Source: a virus
Lineage: Duplodnaviria; Caudoviricetes
Virus record (IMG/VR): IMGVR_UViG_3300032220_000084
Span: 1 to 52,143 of that record
Direction: 5' to 3' (one strand)
DNA: 52,143 bases
In this document: one piece after another, positions 17,032-25,546 of the stretch
Layout: the number at the start of each line of letters is the position of its first letter
How positions within the stretch are numbered: the stretch's first letter is position 1
Position numbers and translations under genes: made by a program
The notes under the pieces: generated by a model
Databases searched by the model: none
What the model saw: the letters and a program-made list of their open reading frames with translations, nothing else
What the model was told of the DNA's origin: nothing

Positions 17032-20000
17032 CGACAGCATATACATCACTTTTGGGCTTGGCCTTACCCGTTACCGGCGAACTGTCCGGCACTTGGGGCG
17101 ACACGGTAAATAACAGCATTACCTCGCTGCTTGATTCAGCCATTGCGGGTACTCAGACAATTACTGCTGATACCACACTGACCACAACCACGGGCGCAGC
17201 AAATCAGTCACGGCAGGCTATTCTGTTGTGTTCACCTGCTTCAGCGAACATTACGATCACAGCTCCTGCACAGTCCAAGATTTACACGGTCATCAACACC
17301 TCTGCTGTTTACACGGTAACTGTGCGTGGCGTTGGCCCGACCACGGGCGTGACTCTTGGGGTAAGCGAAAAGGCGGTTGTTGCGTGGAATGGATCTGATT
17401 TTATAAAGATCAGCAACACGGCGGGTGCTGGCACATTTACTAATTTGACTGCTACAGGTAACGTAACGCTTGGTGACGCTTCGGCTGACACGGTGACCGT
17501 AAACGGCACAACTACATTCAGTGCAAGCCCAATCATCAGCGTAACTGACAACACCAACGCTGCCCTGCGTATTACTCAGCTTGGTTCAGGTAATGCGCTG
17601 TTGGTTGAGGATTCGGCTAATCCTGATGCTACGCCGTTTGTGGTTGATGCAAGTGGCATTGTAATTCAAGGGTATACATCCGCGCTTACAGTTACAGATT
17701 ACGTGGGTGTTTCAAGAACACCCAGAATACAAGAAGCAGGACTTGGCGGGTCGTTTTCACAAGCATATATTTCAAGCTGGAGTAATTCAGACACTCAAGC
17801 CGCAGGGGTTATCTTTGGTAAAAGCAAATCGGGAACAGTAGGTACTGCTGGCGCTGTAACTAGTGGCACGGATATTGGATTTATTCAATTTAGCGGTGAT
17901 GATGGAACAACCATGATTCCCGCCGCGCTTATCCTTGCGGAAGTAGATGGCACTCCCGGCACTAACGATATGCCGGGTCGCTTGGTGTTCAGCACAACTG
18001 CTGATGGGGCAAGTACACCTACTGAGCGTGTAAGGATTACAAGTGCTGGCAAGACAGGCTTTGCCACAGCAGCCCCAGCAGCAACAGTCCATGTATCTGG
18101 CGACACCATTCTCTCCAACGTCAACGTGATTGGTGCAAGCTACGACAGTGTGTCTTTCTCTGTTACAACAGAGGAAACAGTACCAACCGACCTGTTCTTT
18201 AGCCCTGACGGGTTAAAGATGTACATTATTGGAGTAACGGGCGATGACGTAAACGAGTACAACTTGTCTACGGCTTGGGTTGTATCGTCTGCTGTGTTTG
18301 TGACCAGTTTTAGCATCTCCTCCCAAGAAACTCTCCCTCAAGGATTGTTTTTCCGTGCTGATGGGACAAAGATGTACGTTATTGGAACGGCCGTCGACAC
18401 GGTATTCCAATACACACTTAGCACACCTTGGTCTGTTGCAACAGCGTCTTACGACAGCATTTCTTTTTCTGTTGCAGGGCAAGACCTGACACCAAACGGC
18501 ATTACTTTTAGACCCAATGGCTTGTCAATGTATATGGTTGGCGGTACTAACGATAGTGTTTATCAATACACGCTGTCAACTGCTTGGAACGTATCAACAG
18601 CCACGTTTTTGCAGTCGTTTTCGGTGTCAGGACAAGAGACGACTCCAACCGGAGTAACTTTTACTAGTGACGGTTCACGGATGTTTGTTATTGGATCAGT
18701 AGGTGATGACGTTAACGTTTACAACCTAACAACACCTTGGGACATTAGCACATCAGTTTTTGTTAACGTGTTTAGCGTTTCTGCTCAAGATACAGCACCT
18801 GCGGGTATTTACATCAAGCCTGACGGCACAAAGATGTACATCATGGGTCAGGGAAACGACACCGTATACCAATACACAGTGCCAAGCATTGACATCCAAC
18901 TGACAGGCCCAACTTCTGCTGCGGCTTTGGACGTACAGCAAGACTTGACTGTCTACGGCAACACTCGGGCTTATAAAATTTCTGCTAGTAGTGTGGCTAC
19001 ATTCTCCGCTGGCACGGTGGCACTTCCTGCCATCACCACTACAGGCGACACCAACACGGGTATTTTCTTTCCTGCTGCTGACACCATTGCCTTTACTAAG
19101 GGTGGTGTTGAGTCTATGCGTATCGACTCCAGCGGTAATGTTGGAATTGGGACGTTGCCGAGTGCAAGGCTGGATGTATCTGGTAATGCAATCATCAGTG
19201 TTACTGACAACACAAATGCTGCTTTACGTATCACTCAGCTTGGAACAGGTAACGCTCTGTTGGTTGAAGATAGTACTAACCCTGATGCATCACCGTTTGT
19301 GATTGATGCAAGCGGTAATATTGTTGCTGGATATACAGCGCCCATAGCAACCGTCAGTTTTGGTGGCGGTGCAATTACGCCGCTTTTGCAAGTTCAAGGT
19401 ACTGGATTAAGTTCTTCATCTGCTGGTGTATCAAATTGGTCAGGTACAGCGGCTTCAGCATCGTCTTTTGTATTTAGTAAGTCTAACAGTGGAACAATTG
19501 GCACAAGAGGTGCGGTAGCAAGTGCGACCAACTTGGGAAGCGTTAACTTTGCTGGCGATGATGGGACTAACTTTATTGCCTCTGCATCAATTGCAGCCGC
19601 AGTAGACGGCACTCCCGGCACAAACGATATGCCCGGTCGTCTGGTGTTCAGCACAACGGCTGATGGCTCTGATACTCCTACTGAGCGTATGCGTATCAAC
19701 TCCAGCGGTAATGTGGGGATTGGTACTACAAGCCCTAGCGCAAATTTAGAAATATCAAATGCTGGTGATGCGGGTTTACGAATTACAGCAGGTAACACAA
19801 GTAGGAGTATTATTCAACTTGGGGACACTGACGATGGAAATGTAGGAGAAATTACATATTCACATTCAACTAACTCAATGGCGTTTGACACCAATGATGT
19901 AGAACGGATGCGTATCGACTCCTCTGGTAATGTGGGTATTGGTACGAGTTCGCCTACAGCAGTTCTTATGCTAAAAGCAGGAACAGCCACAGCAAGCACC

Positions 20001-20606
20001 TCGCCTTTAAAGTTTACTTCAGGCACTAACTTAACTACTGCTGAAGCGGGTTCAGTTGAATATGACGGCAATGTTTTTTATGGAACGGCTGACGTAACCT
20101 CGGGTCGTGGCTTGTGGCCTACAACTCAATACTTCCGATTGACCGCTGATGGCACAGCGATTGGCCCAACTATTGCAAACTTCTTTGGCTCTACCTCTGG
20201 CAAATCATTGGACACAAGCACCTTCTATGAAGTTGAGTACAACTTGTATTTCACAAAGACAACCGCAGGAACGGTGACGTTTACATTGACTTATGCCAAC
20301 GCTCCAATTAACTGCAATGCAGACTATGTTGGCACTCCAGTTGGGGGTGTTGGTACTGTTGGTGCGCCACAAACCGCCGCCTTGGTAAAGTCCACTGCAA
20401 CTGCAAGTGCGTTGCCTGTGACTGGCTCTTTGACGACTGGTGTCAATCACCAGTATGTGGTCAAGGCCATCTTCCAAGCAAACGCAACAACTGGCGGTAC
20501 GCTGAACTTGCAAGTGACATCTAGCGCAGGCACAGTAACGCCTTTGACTGGTAGCTACTACAAGGCCACCCGCTTGCCAGCGGCTAACACTGGAGCATTT
20601 GTTTAA
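17028..20606 (+). CDS. Tail fibre / receptor-binding protein
   Basis: N-terminal anchor GELSGTWGDTVN, repeated ERMRIDSSGNVGIGT fibre motifs, ~50-aa propeller-like repeats and an internal duplicated module. Confidence 0.85.
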   Translation: MTTAYTSLLGLALPVTGELSGTWGDTVNNSITSLLDSAIAGTQTITADTTLTTTTGAANQSRQAILLCSPASANITITAPAQSKIYTVINTSAVYTVTVRGVGPTTGVTLGVSEKAVVAWNGSDFIKISNTAGAGTFTNLTATGNVTLGDASADTVTVNGTTTFSASPIISVTDNTNAALRITQLGSGNALLVEDSANPDATPFVVDASGIVIQGYTSALTVTDYVGVSRTPRIQEAGLGGSFSQAYISSWSNSDTQAAGVIFGKSKSGTVGTAGAVTSGTDIGFIQFSGDDGTTMIPAALILAEVDGTPGTNDMPGRLVFSTTADGASTPTERVRITSAGKTGFATAAPAATVHVSGDTILSNVNVIGASYDSVSFSVTTEETVPTDLFFSPDGLKMYIIGVTGDDVNEYNLSTAWVVSSAVFVTSFSISSQETLPQGLFFRADGTKMYVIGTAVDTVFQYTLSTPWSVATASYDSISFSVAGQDLTPNGITFRPNGLSMYMVGGTNDSVYQYTLSTAWNVSTATFLQSFSVSGQETTPTGVTFTSDGSRMFVIGSVGDDVNVYNLTTPWDISTSVFVNVFSVSAQDTAPAGIYIKPDGTKMYIMGQGNDTVYQYTVPSIDIQLTGPTSAAALDVQQDLTVYGNTRAYKISASSVATFSAGTVALPAITTTGDTNTGIFFPAADTIAFTKGGVESMRIDSSGNVGIGTLPSARLDVSGNAIISVTDNTNAALRITQLGTGNALLVEDSTNPDASPFVIDASGNIVAGYTAPIATVSFGGGAITPLLQVQGTGLSSSSAGVSNWSGTAASASSFVFSKSNSGTIGTRGAVASATNLGSVNFAGDDGTNFIASASIAAAVDGTPGTNDMPGRLVFSTTADGSDTPTERMRINSSGNVGIGTTSPSANLEISNAGDAGLRITAGNTSRSIIQLGDTDDGNVGEITYSHSTNSMAFDTNDVERMRIDSSGNVGIGTSSPTAVLMLKAGTATASTSPLKFTSGTNLTTAEAGSVEYDGNVFYGTADVTSGRGLWPTTQYFRLTADGTAIGPTIANFFGSTSGKSLDTSTFYEVEYNLYFTKTTAGTVTFTLTYANAPINCNADYVGTPVGGVGTVGAPQTAALVKSTATASALPVTGSLTTGVNHQYVVKAIFQANATTGGTLNLQVTSSAGTVTPLTGSYYKATRLPAANTGAFV

Positions 20607-20676
20607 TTTTTAAAGGTTAAAAATAGATGAGGGGTATTCCCGCTGTCCCATCTCAGCGGTGCTTTTGGAGAAAACC

Positions 20677-20844
20677 ATGAACGACAAGAAAATTGAATTG
20701 ACACTTGGCCTTGTGAATGCTGTTATGCAGTATTTGGGTACACGCCCCTATGCTGAAGTAGCAGACATGATCCAAGCCATTCGGGAACAAGCCATCCCCC
20801 AAGTGCCAATGCCTGAAGCCAAAGCTGAAGAAGCTGCGGAGTAA
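20677..20844 (+). CDS. Small protein after the tail fibre (possible fibre chaperone)
   Basis: GGAG RBS before ATG 20677. LGTRPYAEVADMIQAIREQA. Confidence 0.6.
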   Translation: MNDKKIELTLGLVNAVMQYLGTRPYAEVADMIQAIREQAIPQVPMPEAKAEEAAE

Positions 20845-20846
20845 TC

Positions 20847-21512
20847 ATTGATCCTCTCAGCATTCTTTTTGCTGCCAATGCCTGTGTTTCTGCTATCAAG
20901 CAGGGATGCAAGCTGTATAAAGACGCTAAAACGTCTTTCATGGAAGTCAAAAAGACTGTTGATGAGGTTGCTTCAGATGTCAAGGCGGTCAGAGGATTCT
21001 GGGCAAAGCTCTTTGGAAACGTTACCACCCCCCAAGCCAAGCCTGTGGCGAAAAAGGAGGCCTACGTTGCCGTTGACGAAACCCAAGTCATGGCAGACAT
21101 CGTTGTCCAGCTATCCAAATTTTTCAAACTGCAAGAACAGCTTGCCGACCACATAAGGGAAGAGGAAGAAAAGAGCAAATCAGTCTACGACCCTGACGCT
21201 AACCTTATGGAAGCCGCCCTGAAGAGGGTAATGGCACAAGACCAAATGGCGTTGTTGGAGACTGAGATCAGAGAGGCAATGGTGTACGGCGCTCCCAAAG
21301 AGATGGGGGCTTTGTACTCAAAAGTGTTTGATATGCGGGATGTTATCAAGGTAGAGCAGGACAAAGCAAGGAAGAAGCGGGATGATGAATCATGGCAACG
21401 CAGGGAAGAGGAGCGGCTCCTAAGAGAAAGGCAGGCGTATCTGCTGGCGACTATCCTATTCCTCCTATATATGTGGTTGCTCCTCGGCCTCTTGCACAGG
21501 ATTGGGAGATAG
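20847..21512 (+). CDS. Coiled-coil protein with C-terminal TM helix (probable ATT start)
   Basis: The 20940 frame is open back to ATT 20847 (IDPLSILFAANACVSAIK...), 5 nt after GGAG. Confidence 0.6.
   Translation: MDPLSILFAANACVSAIKQGCKLYKDAKTSFMEVKKTVDEVASDVKAVRGFWAKLFGNVTTPQAKPVAKKEAYVAVDETQVMADIVVQLSKFFKLQEQLADHIREEEEKSKSVYDPDANLMEAALKRVMAQDQMALLETEIREAMVYGAPKEMGALYSKVFDMRDVIKVEQDKARKKRDDESWQRREEERLLRERQAYLLATILFLLYMWLLLGLLHRIGR
21014..21027. repeat. Dispersed palindrome copy TGGAAACGTTACCA
   Basis: Exact match. Confidence 0.9.
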
Positions 21513-21514
21513 TT

Positions 21515-21679
21515 GTGGGGTGGATTGCCGCTTGTGTTCTTGTAGTATTGTTACTGCCGCTGATTGGAATGTTGTACATGGATGTGCTTCAAACCAAAAA
21601 AGAAGCTCAGACGCAGATTGAAAAGATGGAAAAAACACGCAGAGAATTTGAACAACAGAAACGCAAGGAAGAAAAATGA
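21515..21679 (+). CDS. Small TM + coiled-coil protein
   Basis: GTG 21515 follows GGGAG. Hydrophobic N-terminus. ATGA-coupled to the next gene. Confidence 0.55.
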   Translation: MGWIAACVLVVLLLPLIGMLYMDVLQTKKEAQTQIEKMEKTRREFEQQKRKEEK

Positions 21680-22023
21680 GTGAAGAAAAAATTCAAGCAA
21701 TGGAAACCAAAAGCGCTTTGGTTGAAAAAATCACATTTGCTTTGTTGCCTCTTTTGTTTTCGTGCGTGGTTTACCTTATGTCTGCATTGTCCAATTTATC
21801 GCATGAAGTGACCATCCTAAACAGCAAAATAAGCTTGGTTGTGACTTCTGACAACAAGCAAGCCAGCAACACGGGCGCTGAATTGGCAAGAGAAAAGTTG
21901 CGTCAAGACTTGGAAAAAGAAATCCAAAAGAACCGTGATGACATTCAAGTCAACCGTTTGCACATTGCCATCTTGGAAGACAGGGCGGGAATGAAGCCTA
22001 CATTCAAAAAGGAAGATAAATGA
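21676..22023 (+). CDS. TM + coiled-coil protein (lysis module)
   Basis: Single TM helix then heptad repeats. Confidence 0.6.
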   Translation: MSEEKIQAMETKSALVEKITFALLPLLFSCVVYLMSALSNLSHEVTILNSKISLVVTSDNKQASNTGAELAREKLRQDLEKEIQKNRDDIQVNRLHIAILEDRAGMKPTFKKEDK

Positions 22024-22532
22024 TTCCAATAGTCGCATCCCTCCTTGGCAGCCTTGCCCAAAACGGGTTGACGCTACTCTCCAGCGCCATCCAAGCCAAA
22101 GGCAAAGAGGTGGTAGAGAAAACGCTTGGCGTAAAGATTCCTGACGACCCGACACCTGAAGATGTCAGCAATCTGCGCCAACTTCAGTACGAACACGAAG
22201 AGCGCCTGCTTGAGTTAGGTATTGAGAAGGCCAAGATGGAGCTGGAAGAGATGAAGGTGTTGGCGGCAGCAGCGCAGAACGAAGATAACAACGTCACAGA
22301 CCGCTGGCAGTCGGACATGAACAGCGATTCTTGGTTGTCCAAAAACATCCGACCCATGAGCCTGATTGCCATTTTCTTTGGTTACTTCCTGTTTGCCATG
22401 ATGAGCGCCTTTGGCCTGAATGCCAATGAATCCTACGTCCAGTTGCTTGGCCAGTGGGGGATGCTCATTATGGGTGCGTACTTTGGCGGCAGAACCATAG
22501 AAAAACTAGCCGAAATGAAAGGCAGAAAATGA
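22020..22532 (+). CDS. Holin (3-TM / GTA holin-like)
   Basis: SDSWLSKNIRP, two C-terminal TM segments and AYFGGRTIEK. Precedes the endolysin. Confidence 0.7.
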   Translation: MIPIVASLLGSLAQNGLTLLSSAIQAKGKEVVEKTLGVKIPDDPTPEDVSNLRQLQYEHEERLLELGIEKAKMELEEMKVLAAAAQNEDNNVTDRWQSDMNSDSWLSKNIRPMSLIAIFFGYFLFAMMSAFGLNANESYVQLLGQWGMLIMGAYFGGRTIEKLAEMKGRK

Positions 22533-22870
22533 TTTTAAACACAGAACAAGCTGCGTTTTTGCTGGACACTTGTAAGCTAATCCAGTACGCTACAGACCAA
22601 GGATTCGTGGTGACCGGCGGGGAACTTGCCCGTACCCCCGAACAGCAAGCCATTTACTTCAAGACAGGGCGGTCTAAGACCATGAATTCCATTCATCTAA
22701 AGCGCTGCGCCATAGACTTGAACTTCTTCAAGGATGGAAAGATTATTTGGGACAAAACAATTCTTGCCCCGCTGGGTGCGTATTGGGAGACTCTACATCC
22801 AAAGAACCGCTGGGGCGGTAACTTTAAGTCTCTTGTTGATTGCCCTCATTTTGAGCGCAATGTAGGTTAA
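22529..22870 (+). CDS. Endolysin, M15-family peptidase
   Basis: RTPEQQ, SIHLKRCAIDL and WGGNF..VDCPHFE Zn-peptidase motifs. ATGA start at 22529. Confidence 0.85.
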   Translation: MILNTEQAAFLLDTCKLIQYATDQGFVVTGGELARTPEQQAIYFKTGRSKTMNSIHLKRCAIDLNFFKDGKIIWDKTILAPLGAYWETLHPKNRWGGNFKSLVDCPHFERNVG

Positions 22871-22872
22871 AA

Positions 22873-25197
22873 ATGCTCAAGAAAATCCTTCTCAAGCCCG
22901 GTGTAAACAAAGAGAACACTCGTTACACAAGTGAGAACGGGTGGTATGACTGCGACAAGATTCGTTTTCGTCAAGGTACGCCAGAAAAGATAGGCGGCTG
23001 GGAGAGAATTTCATCCAATACTTTTCTTGGCATATGTCGATCTTTGTGGGCTTGGGTGACGCTGGGTGCGCAACAGTTGCTGGGTGTAGGGACAAACCTC
23101 AAGTTCTACATTGAGAATGGCGGTAGTTACTACGACATTACCCCATTAAATCAGACGAACACGCTCACAAACCCATTTGACATGGTAAGTGGCTCGTCCA
23201 CGGTGACCGTAACTGACGCTACCGGTGGATACACAAACAACAACTACGTCACATTTACCGGTTCATCGGCGAATGGTGGAATTACTTTGCTGGGTGAGTA
23301 CCTGCTAACAACAACAGGCGCAACTACCTATTCAGTTATTGCGGCTTCAACAACAACCATATCAATAGCTAATCCTGCTGTATTTACCACTCAGTTTAAG
23401 TTAGCCAATAACGTAGAGGTAACGTTAACAAGCACAGGAATGTTGCCTAGCCCGTTTGTGGCAGGCACAACCTACCATGTTGTGTCAACTTCAGGATACA
23501 CATTTAGCCTTGCTGCCACATCAGGCGGAACGGCAATAAGTACCGTTGGATCGGCTCAATCTGGTGTTCATACAGTAACTGCAAAAGCCTCTTCTACTGC
23601 CGCTGCCGGTGGCGGAACTGTTAGGGCGGCGTACCAGATTGACACTGGCGAAGCTTATGCCGTTGGTGTAGTTGGCTGGGGTGCTGGTGGCTGGGGGTCA
23701 GGAACGTGGGGGATAGGAACAGAATCAACCCAAACATTCAGGCAGTGGAGCCAGAGTAACTTTGGGGAAGATTTAATCTTTGGCCCAAGAGGTGGTGGCA
23801 TTTACTACTGGGATGCTTCTTTTGGTTTGACTGGAAATACTTTCACTGTAACCATTGCAACACCTGCCATTTTGTCCACATCCATTACGCTTACGAATGG
23901 CATGGTGCTTGTATTAACAACAGATGGCGCTTTGCCAACTGGTTTAAACGTTGGTCAGAATTACTACGTCATTAACACTACCGGCACATCTTGTCAGTTA
24001 TCAGCCACATATAACGGGGCTGCTATTAATACAACAGGATCGCAGTCTGGTACACACAAAATTGCGTCTAGAGCAATTGCTTTAGAAGACTACGGCGGCG
24101 CATCGGCTGTGCCTACAGAGCAGAATTACTTGCTGGCATCCGACTCCAGTGGGTTTGTATTTGCGTTTGGCGCTACTGAGTTTGGGTCAGCAACATTTAA
24201 TCCCATGTTGATTCGCTGGTCAGACCAAGGCGATCCATTTAACTGGACTCCCAGCGCAACAGTACAGGCTGGATTTACTTCTCTGTCTCACGGATCTGAG
24301 ATTGTGACAGCAATGCAAGCTCGTCAAGAGATTTTGGTTTGGACTGATTCGTCCTTGTATTCTCTTCAATACCAAGGCGCACCCGTTGTTTGGTCTACAC
24401 AGATTGTGGGCGATAACCTTTCCATTGCAGGAGAAAACGCAGTGGCTTATGCCAACGGCGTAGCCTATTGGATGGGTGTGGATAAGTTTTACAAATACGA
24501 TGGTAGAACCCAGACGCAAAACTGTGATCTGCGTCAGTATGTATTTGAGAGCATCAACAAGTCTCAGTTTGCTCAAGTGGTTGCTGGTACAAATGAAGGC
24601 TTTAATGAGATTTGGTGGTTCTATTGCTCAGGCACAAGTACAACAATTGACAGCTATGTAGTGTTTAACTACATGGAGAATCAAGGTCAAGGCGCTTGGT
24701 ATTACGGATCTCTGGCTCGCACAGCTTGGCTGGACAGTGGATTGAGAGATTATCCAATTGCAGCCACATACGACTACAACATTGTGAACCATGAGCAGGG
24801 CGTTGACGACAACGCTACTGGAACCACTTTACCGATTGAAGCTTTTATTACTTCTGCCGAGTTTGACTTGGAAGATGGTGATCGCTTTGGTTTTGTGTGG
24901 AGGGTGCTGCCTGACATTACTTTCCGTGGATCCACCGCCGCCAGTCCTCAAGTAACCATGTATTTGAAGCCCATGCAGAATTCGGGCTCTGGATATAACA
25001 TCCCACCCTCTGTTGGTGGAGAAAATAATGCCACGGTAACAAGAACGGCAATACTTCCAATTGAAGAATTTACCGGTCAGATTTACACCCGTGTGCGTGG
25101 GCGACAGATTGCTATGGAAGTAAGGTCTACTGCTGCTGGAGTAACTTGGCAGCTTGGTTCGCCTCGACTGGACATCAAGCAGGATGGTAGGAGATGA
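22873..25197 (+). CDS. Tail nozzle / DNA-stabilisation protein (P22 gp10 / T7 gp12-like)
   Basis: PGVNKENT, IRFRQGTPEKIGGW, LIRWSDQ, EIWWFY and RVRGRQ. Precedes the ejection proteins. Confidence 0.7.
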   Translation: MLKKILLKPGVNKENTRYTSENGWYDCDKIRFRQGTPEKIGGWERISSNTFLGICRSLWAWVTLGAQQLLGVGTNLKFYIENGGSYYDITPLNQTNTLTNPFDMVSGSSTVTVTDATGGYTNNNYVTFTGSSANGGITLLGEYLLTTTGATTYSVIAASTTTISIANPAVFTTQFKLANNVEVTLTSTGMLPSPFVAGTTYHVVSTSGYTFSLAATSGGTAISTVGSAQSGVHTVTAKASSTAAAGGGTVRAAYQIDTGEAYAVGVVGWGAGGWGSGTWGIGTESTQTFRQWSQSNFGEDLIFGPRGGGIYYWDASFGLTGNTFTVTIATPAILSTSITLTNGMVLVLTTDGALPTGLNVGQNYYVINTTGTSCQLSATYNGAAINTTGSQSGTHKIASRAIALEDYGGASAVPTEQNYLLASDSSGFVFAFGATEFGSATFNPMLIRWSDQGDPFNWTPSATVQAGFTSLSHGSEIVTAMQARQEILVWTDSSLYSLQYQGAPVVWSTQIVGDNLSIAGENAVAYANGVAYWMGVDKFYKYDGRTQTQNCDLRQYVFESINKSQFAQVVAGTNEGFNEIWWFYCSGTSTTIDSYVVFNYMENQGQGAWYYGSLARTAWLDSGLRDYPIAATYDYNIVNHEQGVDDNATGTTLPIEAFITSAEFDLEDGDRFGFVWRVLPDITFRGSTAASPQVTMYLKPMQNSGSGYNIPPSVGGENNATVTRTAILPIEEFTGQIYTRVRGRQIAMEVRSTAAGVTWQLGSPRLDIKQDGRR

Positions 25198-25544
25198 CTT
25201 TAATAGTAACTTCTGAGTTTGAAATTAACAGGGTGTCAGCGCCAGCTTTGCCGTTGGCACCGCTTCAATACGATCCTAATTACATCAACCAGCGAAACAG
25301 CGTATTGCGCCTGTATTTCAACAGGGTGGATAGCATTTTGGGTCAGCTTTCTGCATCTACTCAAAGCGTAATCTCAACTACCGTTTACACAGTGGTAACG
25401 TTACCAAGTGCCGTTACGTCTGGTGTTGGGGCTAGGACGTTTGTTTCTGATGCTAACGCTACAACGTTTGCTTCAATTGTTGCTGGAGGCGGGGCAAATA
25501 AAGTTCCGGTTTACTCCGATGGAACAAATTGGAGAATTGGATAA
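25194..25544 (+). CDS. Hypothetical tail protein
   Basis: P.LPLAP..YD...LRLYFN and a C-terminal PVYSDGTNW. Confidence 0.6.
   Translation: MTLIVTSEFEINRVSAPALPLAPLQYDPNYINQRNSVLRLYFNRVDSILGQLSASTQSVISTTVYTVVTLPSAVTSGVGARTFVSDANATTFASIVAGGGANKVPVYSDGTNWRIG
25393..25406. repeat. Dispersed palindrome copy TGGTAACGTTACCA
   Basis: Exact match. Confidence 0.9.
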
Positions 25545-25546
25545 AC

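Noticed and set aside
17528-19720. Diversity-generating retroelement TR/VR pair
   Set aside because: Both copies are in-frame within one gene, differences are mainly synonymous rather than adenine-specific, and no reverse transcriptase is present.
20848-21156. 102-aa ORF in the track
   Set aside because: Alternative frame of the better-supported 20847-21512 gene.
21392-21514. 5' extension of the small TM gene
   Set aside because: Overlaps the upstream gene by about 120 bp. GTG 21515 has an RBS.
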